This document shows positions 12,665 to 23,925 of a DNA stretch of 64,000 nt, piece after piece. The position numbers and the translations under genes were made by a program. Below the pieces are notes generated by a model that ran no database searches, was not told where the DNA came from, and worked only from the letters and a program-made list of their open reading frames with translations. Source of the stretch: a virus; the IMG/VR virus record IMGVR_UViG_3300032038_006501, positions 7,889 through 71,888 of that record. One strand, 5' to 3'. Position 1 is the first letter of the stretch; the number at the start of each line of letters is the position of its first letter.

Positions 12665-13737
12665 CCTCCTTTCTTTTTTCTACACTCTTTACAAATAGAA
12701 TAATAGCCATCTTTCGATGAATTAGGAGAAAAGAAAAACGAATGTGCAAGAAGAGAACGACCGCATTTCCCGCACGTCTTTCATCTATGCCCCATTGGTT
12801 CTTCATAAGTAAAATATCAAAGAAGATAATTTTTCTGAGCTTGTTCTGCTACTAATTTAGGAATTTTTTTAGTTCAAATAGTAGAATAATACTGTTCAGA
12901 ATGTTCTTCTTGATATTTCTCAAAAATCATTTCTTTTATTTCTTTATTTGTATAACCGTCTATTTTTCAAATAAGTACATCATAAAAAATAGGATATTTC
13001 TTTTCTAAAGCATCATCAACTACTTTTTCTAAATCCAAGAGGTGTCAATGAATGTCAGAGTCTAACATATCTCAAGTTTCTTGTTTTAATTGCTGATAAT
13101 ATTGAAGAAGGAAAGAAATAGAATCTGGTCTAAGTAATGATAATGGTTGGTCACTGTGCGGGATAAGGTCTTTATCAAAATATACTTTTTCTGGAATAGA
13201 TACATTTGCTAAACCAGAAATCATATTATTAGCTACAGACCGTCCTGATTGATTAGAGCCTTTAATCATATAAGCTTGTTTCCAACTATCAATTAAAGCA
13301 GTTTTTAATTTTTTCTTGCGGTAACTCGTCGTTGTCTCGTTGTATTGTCGTTCTAATGATGCTATTACATCCATGCATTCCCGCAACCCACGTATATTAT
13401 CTATATCCTCTTGGGTAATTGGGTCTTTATGGTCTAAAAGTTGATCTTTATTGTTATTGATAATGTTATAAATTCCATCTTCACCATTTTTTAGTTTATC
13501 AATTAATCCTTCATAAGAAATTTGTCTTTTTATTACTGTCGCATCTCTATTTTTAGTAACAATTGGATATTCTTCTGAACGTTCTTTTGTTGTCTGTTTT
13601 TTATCTCCGACATAAAGGAGGTAATCACTAAGATTTTTTAAATCTTGCGGAGATAATTCCTTTTGTTGAGATATGATTGATTCAACTAGAACTTTTCTAG
13701 CTGTTTCACTTTTTATATCATGATTTAATTGTATCAA
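12665..13737 (-). CDS. hypothetical protein with C-terminal Zn-ribbon (CGKCGRS...CKEC); first gene of the minus-strand late block
   Basis: ORF 13072..13737 plus TGA read-through. Confidence 0.4.
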
Positions 13738-13818
13738 TATATTTCACCTCCCCATATATATTATACCCAATTTTATAAAATTTTATACCAAAATTATTCA
13801 TTTTTGCCCAAAAAATTA

Positions 13819-13848
13819 TTGGCATTTTGAAATAATGTATGCTATAAT
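13819..13848 (+). promoter_or_regulatory. sigma70-type promoter (TTGGCA-18-TATAAT) for the early plus-strand genes
   Basis: Read directly from the sequence; lies in the divergent region between the late and early blocks. Confidence 0.5.
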
Positions 13849-13918
13849 ATATTTAAAGAAAAAAGAGAATAATTTTTATTATATTAATCTTTATTGTTCC
13901 ATAATAGAGAGGATTTAA

Positions 13919-14431
13919 ATGATTACTATTAACTATGATAATCGAGATAATCGTGATTATATTGTTATTGCAAAAGGTGATGTAGAATCGCCAGATAATG
14001 TTCAATATTTTGTTGATATGGATAACGCCGATGGAAATACGAGCGATGGCGCGCACACTTTTAATGAGTTATATCATCATAGAACTATACTATTTAGTGT
14101 AATTGTTAGAGAATATCATTTCCTTGCTTGGAAAAGTAAAAAACATAGTGATGGTACTATGCATAATGGATATTTTATTGTAGGTATTGATACTCCAAGA
14201 GGTCAAGCTACTTATCATTGTAAAATGAAATATTGGGATTTATTTAATTGTGATGAAAAGAAGATAGCTCCTAAATGGGATGGACATACTCCTGAACAAG
14301 CTCTTGAAAGAATTGGTCAATTAGATAGACAAGAAGCTATTGAATATTATTTAAAAAAAACTGGTGATTTAAGTGGTGCTCTACATCATATGATTGATGA
14401 CAATTCAGTGGTGATTGAATCACATGAATAA
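13919..14431 (+). CDS. hypothetical early protein (170 aa)
   Basis: ORF track; RBS present. Confidence 0.5.
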   Translation: MITINYDNRDNRDYIVIAKGDVESPDNVQYFVDMDNADGNTSDGAHTFNELYHHRTILFSVIVREYHFLAWKSKKHSDGTMHNGYFIVGIDTPRGQATYHCKMKYWDLFNCDEKKIAPKWDGHTPEQALERIGQLDRQEAIEYYLKKTGDLSGALHHMIDDNSVVIESHE

Positions 14432-14603
14432 TATTATAGAAAATATAAAAGAATTTTTAGATTATGAGTGTTTTTTTATGAAGAATTTAGTGAAGTTAAA
14501 AAACTTCTATTTGGTGAACGATATGAAATTTACGAACAAGATAAAAGTGTATATTTTGTAATTAAGAATCCAACAGTAGAAGAGATAAAGAGAGCGCTGG
14601 GTT

Positions 14604-14990
14604 ATGGATACTAAGATTTTTAATAGATTAGAAGAGATTGCGGACTGGGCGATGAGTGGCGACGCTTCTCCGAAGGATGTCGCGCATGAGTTAAGTAGTT
14701 TAAAGTTTGAATTTAATAATCCTAGTAAGAAGTGTATGGAAAAGGCTAGAAAAGAAGCTGAAATAAAATTAATGAAAGCTAAAGAGTTTGATAGAGGATA
14801 TCGACTAGGAAAAGAAGCTAGAACTGCGGATGAATGGACTTTAAATAGAGACAGACAAAAAGTTTTAGATAGATTAAAGGATAAAAATCCTGATTACTGG
14901 TGTTTAGATGCTTTATTTGAAGATGATAATAAAGTTATTACTAATAAAATGTTATATGAAAGATTAGTATATTTATTAGGTGGTAAGTAA
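14604..14990 (+). CDS. hypothetical early protein (128 aa)
   Basis: ORF track. Confidence 0.5.
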   Translation: MDTKIFNRLEEIADWAMSGDASPKDVAHELSSLKFEFNNPSKKCMEKARKEAEIKLMKAKEFDRGYRLGKEARTADEWTLNRDRQKVLDRLKDKNPDYWCLDALFEDDNKVITNKMLYERLVYLLGGK

Positions 14991-15532
14991 TGTTTGAGCA
15001 ATGTCCTTTTTGTGGTAGTACAAATATTGTAGCAGAAGATTTATATTGGGATGATCTTCTTTGCAGTGATAATTTTTATGAATATTATTGTGAAGATTGC
15101 GGAGCAAGTTGGGATGATAATTATTATGAGTAATTTATAATAGTTGAGGTAGAAGGATAAATGAAAATAATTTGTAGTGAATGTGGTAGAGATATTAATG
15201 CTTTAGGACAAGATAATATGAGTGAGACTATGAAACCTTTGTGTGAAGATTGTTATTATTATTTAAAGAATAGTAGGAGTTTGGTAAATCAAGGTATATT
15301 AAGGTCTTTATATCTAGAAGGATATGGATATGATAAAAAGTCTTAGGCAAATTTGTTTAGAAAAATATGGAGAAAATTTTATTAAAGAATATGATATACT
15401 TTGCAGTGGTGGATCAATTGGAGATTTTTATTATACTATTATTTTTTTAGATAAAATAGAAGAAGCAAGAAAAATATATAATAATCAAAAAATTATTAAA
15501 TTTAAAAATTTTATATTAGGAAGATTTAAATA

Positions 15533-15712
15533 ATGTTTAAATGTGAATATCAAAAACTTATAAATCATGTTGAAGGACCTGGAGCTTGACACGAATATTT
15601 TTGTATATTACTTCAAGGTGAATGTAACTGAAGAGAGTGTGAAAAATACACTAAAAATGTTGGTACTACTCAGGAGCAAATGATTAAAGAATTAGAAAAA
15701 TTAGGATTTTAA
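15533..15712 (+). CDS. small Cys-rich protein with two in-frame TGA codons
   Basis: ATG overlaps the upstream stop (taATG). The 59-codon frame is open only if TGA is sense. Confidence 0.35.
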
Positions 15713-16062
15713 ATATGATAAAAAAGTGTAATTGTTGTGGAGAAAAAAAGAGATTGTATTAGAAGAACATATTCATAGGTATTGGTGTGAAGATTGCTTA
15801 GATATTGCTAAAAAAGAAGAGCTTGAAGAAAGAGATTTATGGGATAAAATTGAAATGAGACAACTTGTTTTAGCTATGTATAAAGATTTGTGTGCAGATG
15901 ATAATACTTTTCATACTTTAGTTGAGCAAGGAACAATTGATAAGAAATATGATTTTCAGGTTCATATGCGATATAAAGATAGAATTAAAAAATTAAATAT
16001 ATTTGAGGATAGAAAGTAAGTTTAAGGGTGGGAAATTTAAAAAATGAATTTGAGTGTGAGAA

Positions 16063-16150
16063 GGGGCGTTTTAAATTAAAATTTAAGTTTAAATCAAATT
16101 TAGTTTAAATTAAAATTTAAGTTTAAATTAAAATTTAAGTTTAAGTTTAA
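16063..16150. repeat. tandem repeats (unit about 18-19 bp, TAAATTAAAATTTAAGTT, 4 copies) flanked by GTTTAAG(G/T)GTGGGAAA
   Basis: Read directly; intergenic. Confidence 0.6.
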
Positions 16151-16685
16151 GTGTGGGAAAGACGTGGGCAATATCATTTTTTTAATATTAGGTTGTTAAA
16201 TCCTATAAGCAGCCCCCTCTTATTACCCAGAAAAATATCAAAGGATTCCGCATAAATCTTTTATGCAAAGTGTTCAAATTTTTGATGACCCCTCAATAAG
16301 ATTAAATAAAGTATTATAACATACAGAGTATATCCAAGAGAAGAAGAAGAATATAATGCGCGGAATAGTTGACATTTTGAACAAGTATCAACTTTGTCCG
16401 CATTTTATTTATTATTTTATACTCTAATAAATCAACTTTATAATCAAATATATTTATATAATTTATTTTATTTATTTGTTTTTGTAAGTAAATAAATAAT
16501 TTAATTATTATTTTCATTATTGATATGATGCTTTTAGTTAGATTCTTTATTTTAAAAACTTTTTTTTATGTTAAAATTTTTATATTTATTTTTCATCTTT
16601 TTTCTTTTAATCTAAAGAAGAAAAAGATTGAAGAATTTATTTACTATCCTGATACTATTGGTTAAGAAAGAAGGAAGATATTTTA

Positions 16686-17035
16686 TGTTGAAAGTTGTAA
16701 AAAAAGAAAATAAAAATGAAAACAAAGATAATCGCACTCCAACTTATTTTAAAACTATTGATGATTGTGCTTTCTTTTGTGCTACATGCGGCTCTAGTCC
16801 TATTAAGATAATGAAGGCTATGCTTACATGGGAAAACCAACAAAAGAGCGGGGAGCATGCTTTAACAGATGTAGCAGAGCTAGCTTGCGAGAAAGCACAA
16901 GCTATGGAAGACCAGCATGCCATCACTACGATTACTAAAGTATTATCGATCATATGTCATGGTAATAAAACTATTGATAAAGACGAACAGTTTATTTGGG
17001 AGACAGAAGACCTCAGCGAGGGCGAAAAATTATAA
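16686..17035 (+). CDS. hypothetical early protein
   Basis: ORF track 16628..17035; the likely real start is ATG 16686, after an AGGAAG RBS. Confidence 0.4.
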
Positions 17036-17233
17036 CACACATACGACAGGTTTGCAAGAACTTTTTTCTCCTACACAAAGTCTACACAACATGACCTAAA
17101 AGAGATATGTGGAGGAATTGTGTGCAAAAAAATTCTCGTGCCAGTTGACAGAGAATCGTAGTAATATATTAGTCAAGGAGAGGGAGAGAGAAAGTCAAGG
17201 GGACTTTCGCCCAATCCAAAGAGAGGAGCCACA

Positions 17234-17623
17234 ATGGCTACTACAAACAAGGTTACTCGTTTCGTCGCACTGTCCACCCTCATTGAGTTCGCTAAGGCTA
17301 ACGATTTTGATAACGCTGAGGTTATGGAGATTGCTGAAAAGATGTGCGACAAACTCAAGACCCCTAGCAAGGTTGGTACTACTACACACACAGCTAAGAG
17401 CAACGATAAATTTTTTGATGCTCATGTGGATGTGTTCGCAAATGGAACTACTCTCACAGCTCGTGAATACGCAAATGCTATTGACGGTTTCCCCTGCGAT
17501 ATCAATGGCCGTCCTAGTATTCATAAGGCTACTGCCATTCTTATTCGTGCGGTCAATGAGGGTAAATTGGTAAAGGTTCCTAGTGAAAAGAAAAGCGCTC
17601 CAATGAGTTACAAACTTGCATAA
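17234..17623 (+). CDS. early protein, paralog family A (C-terminal HKATAxL..G.N.G.L.KV..EKKS motif)
   Basis: One of four paralogs (17234, 20545, 27650, 21740-); GC-richer codon usage than neighbouring genes. Confidence 0.55.
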   Translation: MATTNKVTRFVALSTLIEFAKANDFDNAEVMEIAEKMCDKLKTPSKVGTTTHTAKSNDKFFDAHVDVFANGTTLTAREYANAIDGFPCDINGRPSIHKATAILIRAVNEGKLVKVPSEKKSAPMSYKLA

Positions 17624-17914
17624 TTATCAGTCCTGAGCATGACTTAAAACTGCTCAATTCTTTTATATTAAAAAGAATAAAAAATGAAAATTGAATAAAT
17701 AAAAAGTGAAAATGAAAATCAAACAGAACAAATATTCGGTGTGGACGAAATTTTATCGCATGCGGACGGAGAAGTCAAGAAAAACTTTTCTCTTCACAAT
17801 ATCTTCACATTTCGGTCCCAGATCCCGCAATTGTGAGGAATCTGTGAAGAGTATTGACTTCGACCCTAAAAAGAGGATAATAATAATTGTCCAAAGGAGA
17901 ACAACAGAAAGGAA

Positions 17915-18133
17915 ATGGACATGACACAGGAAACTTACTCTTTTATTCTTGAGGGTGAAAATGTTGATGGGGATTTTCTTCAGAGCTGTGTGGAGTTTGA
18001 AAATGCTGAATCTTTTAAGGATGCTTGCGAACTTGCAAATAAAGAAGCCATTAACATGCTCAAATTTGAGAATGGTGGACATATTGATATCTTTGATATT
18101 GATGGGAAGTTTATTAATGATGTAGAAATTTAA
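17915..18133 (+). CDS. hypothetical acidic early protein (72 aa)
   Basis: ORF track; preceded by a conserved promoter/leader. Confidence 0.45.
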   Translation: MDMTQETYSFILEGENVDGDFLQSCVEFENAESFKDACELANKEAINMLKFENGGHIDIFDIDGKFINDVEI

Positions 18134-18202
18134 ATAACTATCCTGAGCATGATATAAAAAGGCTCAAACATATTAATAATTTCCAAGAGAAAGAAGATAA
18201 AA

Positions 18203-18439
18203 ATGATTACTATTAAGTGCGGAAGGAACCCATATAACACTATTAATGTTAGTTCAAAAGCAGTTTTTAAAATTAATGATGATGCCAGTTTGGCAGAAAT
18301 ATTTTTAGCTATTGTGGAAGCTACTCAATTTGAAAGTTATTCAGTTGATAGTTGGCTTAATATTATTGATAAAATGAAAGACAAAATCAGTGAAGAATAT
18401 TCAGTTCTCGATTTTCTAACTGATTTAGTTTATGAATAA
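18203..18439 (+). CDS. hypothetical early protein (78 aa)
   Basis: ORF track. Confidence 0.45.
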   Translation: MITIKCGRNPYNTINVSSKAVFKINDDASLAEIFLAIVEATQFESYSVDSWLNIIDKMKDKISEEYSVLDFLTDLVYE

Positions 18440-18843
18440 ATAATTTGGGAGAGTGAAAACTCTCCCATAATATTTTTAAGTATCTGCGCCGGCGAAATAT
18501 TTTACCACACGGCCGAGGAAAAGTCAAGAGTTTCACAATATCTACACAATTAAGCAGGATCTCATTTAAAATCAAATATTAAACAATTCAAAATAGTACA
18601 ATGATTGATATCAGTGGCGGCGAAAATTTTAGTACATCGCGCAACAGAAGTCAAATGAAGATTTTATGAAGACACAAAACGAGCACAATTGTCCCAATAG
18701 TCAAGAAAGTAAAATAGTTTATGCGGAACAAACAAAGATTTTAACTATCAAAGCAAAAAACGATCGATTTACCTGCGGTTTCACAAAGCCTACACAATTA
18801 AAAAAAGTCGTTGACTTTCACGCTAAAGAGCGTATACTAATAA

Positions 18844-19101
18844 TTGTCAAGAGGGAAACGACGAAAGGAAAAGGACATGATAACTGCAAGAGATGCCAGA
18901 GAAATTACACTTCAACACTCTCCTCATTGGAACATTGTTAATGAAAAGATTATGCAAGCTGCTTATCGTGGAGAAAATAAATGCAGAATTAATGGAGAAT
19001 TAACTGAACTAGAAAATGAAGCTTTGATAAATCTTGGATATTTTGTAAACTTTATTAATGTAACACCTTTCGATTTGGAACATACTATTATTTCATGGTA
19101 A
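18844..19101 (+). CDS. hypothetical early protein (85 aa)
   Basis: ORF track; preceded by a conserved promoter/leader. Confidence 0.45.
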   Translation: MSRGKRRKEKDMITARDAREITLQHSPHWNIVNEKIMQAAYRGENKCRINGELTELENEALINLGYFVNFINVTPFDLEHTIISW

Positions 19102-19217
19102 TAAAATAACCTGAGCAAGTTATAAAACTGCTCATTTTTGTAGATTTTATAAATCTATTGACTTTAACCCAAAAAAGAGGATAATAATAATTGTCCAAAG
19201 GCAAACAATGAAAGGAT

Positions 19218-19928
19218 ATGGACATGCGTAAGGTTTTTGCTATTCTTGACATTGAGACTGTTACCGATGCTCGTTTGGCTTTTGATATCGCTTGGATTGT
19301 TTGCGATTCTAAAGGTAATATTCTTGAGCGTTATAATGCTCTTGTAAGTGAAATTATTGATAGTCCTTTTGGTATGGCATTCTTGCGTCGTGATTCTTTC
19401 ATTAAGAATAAAGCTCAAATGTATATTGATGCTATTAATTTTAACAGTATTGATATTAAATCGTTTGCAGATATCATGCAAGATTTTAATAATATTTCTA
19501 TTCACTATAATGCTAAAACTGTTATGTGCGCCTATAATGCTAAATTCGATTACAGCGTACTTAATGATAACGCTAGCTATATTTATGGTTATGGTGAGCA
19601 ATTTTTTAATGATAATATTGAAATTGTTGATATCATGACTATGGCATTGGCTACCATTTGTGATACTAATAAATATATTCTTTGGTGTATTCAAAATGGT
19701 ATGGTAACAGAAAAGGGTAATGTAAAAACTAATGCACAAACTGTTTATGCTTACATGCTTAATGATATTAATTTTGTGGAAGCACATCATGCATTAGAGG
19801 ATTGCGAGATTGAAAAGGATATATATTTTAAGGCTCGTAAACGTAAGCAAAAGCATCATAAGCAATTTGCAATGCCAATGTTTCATTGCAAGGAATGGAA
19901 AAAAGTACAATCTCGTAACGTAAAATAG
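19218..19928 (+). CDS. DEDDh 3'-5' exonuclease (DnaQ/epsilon-like; ILDIETV ... HHALEDCEIE)
   Basis: Exo I and Exo III motifs read from the translation. Confidence 0.55.
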   Translation: MDMRKVFAILDIETVTDARLAFDIAWIVCDSKGNILERYNALVSEIIDSPFGMAFLRRDSFIKNKAQMYIDAINFNSIDIKSFADIMQDFNNISIHYNAKTVMCAYNAKFDYSVLNDNASYIYGYGEQFFNDNIEIVDIMTMALATICDTNKYILWCIQNGMVTEKGNVKTNAQTVYAYMLNDINFVEAHHALEDCEIEKDIYFKARKRKQKHHKQFAMPMFHCKEWKKVQSRNVK

Positions 19929-20544
19929 TAATAAAAAAGGGTAGGATATAAAAATCCTACCCTAAATAATATTAACCAAGAGAAGAAAGTATAATGTGCG
20001 GGAATTGTGTTGACTTTGTGAATTAACCGATTTTGGCTTGACAATATTTTGCTCATATGAGATAATTATAATGGGAAGAGATCGACCTGGGCGAAAAATT
20101 ATAACACATTCGCGAGGAAAAGTCAAGAGAAAATTTCAATCTGCACAAAATCTTCATATTTGCCCAGATCTGTCCGCACATCAAATATTTAATTAAAAAA
20201 AATAAACAATTTTATATCAAAGTTCAAACATATCAAAAGATCAACGAGGACGAAAATTATACCATGCCCGCATGAGACTTGTCAAGAAAAATTTTTCTTC
20301 ACATTTCCCGCACAAATCAATCCTAAAACTAGTTCAAAATAAAAAGCTTAATAGTTCAAAATAAAAAAGTTAAATAGTTCAATTTCAGACCAAAAAGTTC
20401 AATTTCCGCAAATATGGAGGAATTGTGTGGAAGAGAATTTCTCGTGCCTACTGGGGCAAATCCATGATAATATATAGTTGTCCGAAGGGGAAAGAGAAAA
20501 TTCCGAAAGGCGGGATGGTTCCTCTGGACGGAAAGGGGTGCCTT

Positions 20545-20934
20545 ATGGCTACCAAGTTCAACGTCACTCGTAAGCAGGCTCTCGAATCCATTATCGAGTT
20601 TGCAAAGGCAAACGAGTACGATAACACGGATGTGATGGATGTGCTCGAGAACATGCTTTCTAAACTTCAAACCACTTCCAAGCGTTCGGGTGAGACTATA
20701 GCCCACAAAACTAATGCGACTATGCTTCAAAAGTACTTGAATCTCTTTGAGGGTGGTGTGGTTCTCACGTCTCGAGAGTTTGCAAATAGCGCAATTGGTT
20801 TCCCTGTTGATAACACGGGGCGTCCTTCTGTTCACAAAGCCACAGCAGTTTTGGTGCAGGGTGTAAATGATGGAATTCTTGTGAAGGTTTCACCTGAAAA
20901 GAAATCCCAAGCCATGGGGTACAAGTTGGCTTAG
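20545..20934 (+). CDS. early protein, paralog family A
   Basis: Paralog of 17234..17623 and 27650..28051; ATG at 20545 after a purine-rich leader. Confidence 0.55.
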   Translation: MATKFNVTRKQALESIIEFAKANEYDNTDVMDVLENMLSKLQTTSKRSGETIAHKTNATMLQKYLNLFEGGVVLTSREFANSAIGFPVDNTGRPSVHKATAVLVQGVNDGILVKVSPEKKSQAMGYKLA

Positions 20935-21694
20935 TCAAGAGAGTTTGGGGAATCTCTACAAAATCCCCACATATTATTTAAGCAACTATCCAAATAAGGA
21001 TGGTTGCTTTTTTGTTGCGGAATAGTTAATTTTTTAATATCAAGAAAAAAGTTAAAATTTTTGTGCGGATCCGGATCACTTAGTTTCACTATTGATTAAA
21101 AGAATGATCGTCGGGATCTTATCAAAGATATAATTAAAGTCTTGATCGGTGCGGGCGAAAATTTTATCACATACACGACCAGTTGTCAAGAAGAAATTTT
21201 CAATTCACAGAGTCTACACAAGTCATCCTAAATGTGCTCGCAGGCTCGCAATTGTGTGGGTTTTGTGAAGTATCAAAATCACAACTAAATCGGGCTCTGT
21301 TGGGTGTACAATAAAGTCACAGACGAGGCACAGGGGATAATAGTCCTACGCAAGCGTGAACCGGGTGGTCTGGTTAATGGGCAGTGTGCCGGCAGGTCAA
21401 GACAGAAAATAGCTACAGTCAGGTCTAAAGTCTGCGTTAGCGAAATTTCAGGCAGCTGCATAGGCAAATTTTCTATCGATTGGCAAGGTTATAGGCGATT
21501 TAACTGTAAGCCCAGAATATAGGCAAAAATAATAAAATTTGCTTGACAACTGATAGATTTTTATAATATAATGAAAATAATGTATCAATTTTAGTTAAAA
21601 ATTTTAACAAAAATAAAATTTATACTTGACAATTGATTAATTTTTATGATATAATAAAAGTTTATACCTAATTTTATGCGCATTTTTAAAAAAA

Positions 21695-21717
21695 AGAGCC
21701 CTTTCGGGCTCTTTTCT
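21695..21717. terminator. rho-independent terminator hairpin (AGAGCCC-TTTC-GGGCTCT followed by a T tract), likely bidirectional
   Basis: Read directly; sits between plus-strand promoters and the 3' end of minus-strand gene 21740..22138. Confidence 0.6.
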
Positions 21718-21739
21718 GATGTATATTAACATTTTTTTA

Positions 21740-22138
21740 TTAAATTGCTTGATAACGGAAAGGATCGCTCTTCTTTTCCTTCTCAAGACGTTGAATCAGA
21801 CCAAGTTCAACACCAAGCTTGAGAACTGCGGTCGCCTTAGGAGCAGAAGAAATCTCATCAAAAAGTTCTTTAATCTCACCAGCAGTCTTAGGCTCAATAA
21901 GTGCAGGAAGGATAAGCTCTACAAGCTTCTCGTTCTCTTTACGCTTCTTGGAGTCTCCAGTAGTACGAGTGCGGTTAAGCTTCTGATACATATTGCCAAG
22001 AACTTCAAGAAGATCTTCAACAGTAGCATTTGGGTTCTCTGCCTGAACAGCTTCGATAAATTCATCTGAATATGCTTCAACATAATTACGGACGATAGCG
22101 ATTGCTGCCTTCTGAGTAATAGCATTCTTAGTAGTCAT
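21740..22138 (-). CDS. divergent paralog of family A (ATAVLKLGVELGLIQRLEKEKKS)
   Basis: The C-terminal motif matches the family A consensus. Confidence 0.5.
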   Translation of the reverse strand: MTTKNAITQKAAIAIVRNYVEAYSDEFIEAVQAENPNATVEDLLEVLGNMYQKLNRTRTTGDSKKRKENEKLVELILPALIEPKTAGEIKELFDEISSAPKATAVLKLGVELGLIQRLEKEKKSDPFRYQAI

Positions 22139-22678
22139 ACTAGCCTTCTTTCTTTGATTGGGAGTCAGACTCCTTTTGTCTGATTACTCTCTCCCTTTCG
22201 TTATATATATAATACCACGATTGAAGGCCAATTGCATACGAAAAATTTTGAAAGCTGGTTAAAAAAAATTGTTTCAAATTGTACACAGAATTGCTATGCA
22301 GGTGCTAATTATGAAGCGCACTCCCAATATAAAATATACTATTAAATTTTAAAACCCCAACATAAAATACACTATTAAAACTCCAACTAAAATACATTAT
22401 CAAATTTTTTTAAAAACCTCGACTAAAATACATTATCAAATTTTAAACCTTTAAACACATTATCAAATCTTAAACTTTTAATTAAAAATCTTAAACCTTA
22501 ATCAAAATACATTATTAAACCTTAAAAACCCTAATTCTACTATGTCCATTACATTTTTTAAAATATTTATGTCCTTCTCTTACTATTTTTATCATATAGA
22601 CTTTTTATCTAACCTTTCCCCTGTTATCTTATTTATTACATTCTTAATTCTATTATTTAATTTTAAACTAATTCATCT

Positions 22679-22718
<40 letters not shown>

Positions 22719-23016
22719 TAATAAATAAAATATAAAATTAACACTATAAACTGCATAATTATATTTCTGGAATATTCTTTAAAATTTCTTTATAAAATTC
22801 TATCATACAAATTTTAATAATTGTTTTTGGCTCTTCTATTAATCTATATAATAAAAATAAAATATTATCTATATTTCTTTCATAAGTATGATAATGATTT
22901 TCTATTATTATTTTATTTTGTTTAATATAATATTTACAATTCTTTTTAAAATTTTTCATTTTTAAAATCCATTTTTTAAAATTTAAATTTAAAAATCATT
23001 TTTTCAAAATCAAAAT

Positions 23017-23337
23017 TTAAAAATCATTTTTCAAAATCATTAATGGATTTTTCAAATTCAAATTTGCTAATTCTTTAATAAATTGAATATTTAATTTGCC
23101 CTCTACCATATAATGAATTAATTTCTTTTCTAAAAACTTCCACTTTTTATCTAAAGAATCAATAATATCCCAATATACCTCTTCATCAAAATCATCTTCA
23201 TACATATAATATAAAAACTTAATATATTCATTTATATAATTACCAAGTTGACTTCTCTTCATTACAAATAATTTAGGATATATAGGTAAAGGATTATATT
23301 TTTGCTCATACATTTTATAAAATTCAATTTCAGTCAT
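23017..23337 (-). CDS. hypothetical protein (106 aa)
   Basis: ORF track. Confidence 0.4.
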   Translation of the reverse strand: MTEIEFYKMYEQKYNPLPIYPKLFVMKRSQLGNYINEYIKFLYYMYEDDFDEEVYWDIIDSLDKKWKFLEKKLIHYMVEGKLNIQFIKELANLNLKNPLMILKNDF

Positions 23338-23379
23338 ATTTCTCCTTTCAAAGAAGTTGACTATACTCTTTTATATTCT

Positions 23380-23525
23380 TTTATATATTCTTTTATATTC
23401 TATATAGTCTTTCTCTGTCCAAATTTACTAAACCCTTTGACCAATTTGGACATACCCTTTGACTTTTTTGGACATACCCCTTGGTCCAAATTTGTCAAAC
23501 CCTTTGACTTTTTTGGACATACCTA
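23380..23525. repeat. direct repeats / iterons (AAACCCTTTGAC x3, TTTGGACATACC x3) beside the replisome-organizer-like gene; putative replication origin
   Basis: Read directly. Track ORF 23302..23583 across them is probably spurious. Confidence 0.45.
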
Positions 23526-23589
23526 TCTTATAGACATCTTCCGCACTTTCTCCATTTCCAAATTCATTTTTGGAATTTCATAAAAGTCT

Positions 23590-23925
23590 CAATATCCTTC
23601 TTCATTCTTAATCAAATAACCCCTCTCCTTTAACACTCTCTTAGCTTTTCTAAATGTACTTACACTAATACCAAATTCATTATAAGCTGCAACAGGAGAA
23701 ACTCAAAACTCATAACCTTCCATATTTTTTGCAAAATATAATCAAACTTCAAATTGAGCAGGAGTTAAATCTCTTAACGCATATTTAATAGACCTTAAAT
23801 TAATAGCTGCATAATAATTATCTACTAATCTACCATTACATTCTTCCTTATTAATCACAACATATTCCTGATTAGGATTTGAATCAAATTCTACGTTAGT
23901 TAGCATTCCCAATACCGATCTAGCA
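23590..23925 (-). CDS. putative HTH replisome organizer / replication initiator-like protein (3 in-frame TGA codons)
   Basis: Open frame with TGA=W; the ISVSTFRKAKRVLKERGYL region is a helix-turn-helix; iterons are adjacent. Confidence 0.4.

Noticed and set aside
15716-16019. Programmed +1 frameshift at the GAAAAAAAG run joining a short ATG-initiated ORF to the 15732..16019 frame
   Set aside because: It is supported only by adjacency. A simple TTG start for the downstream frame explains the data equally well.
16063-16150. Tandem repeats considered as a possible CRISPR array
   Set aside because: The repeat units are contiguous, with no unique spacers, and the unit is AT-only and about 18 bp. 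This is iteron or terminal-repeat-like, not CRISPR.
18666-18941. 91-aa ORF 18666..18941
   Set aside because: It runs straight through the conserved upstream element and the promoter/leader of the next gene (18844..19101), so it is probably non-coding regulatory DNA.
19348-19790. ORF-track ORFs 19348..19638 (+) and 19164..19790 (-) overlapping the exonuclease gene
   Set aside because: These are alternate-frame or antisense low-complexity ORFs inside the well-supported DEDDh exonuclease gene.
23302-23583. ORF-track 93-aa ORF across the iteron region
   Set aside because: Its sequence is generated by the direct repeats (repeated FDFFGHT peptide), with no RBS. It is better explained as origin repeats.
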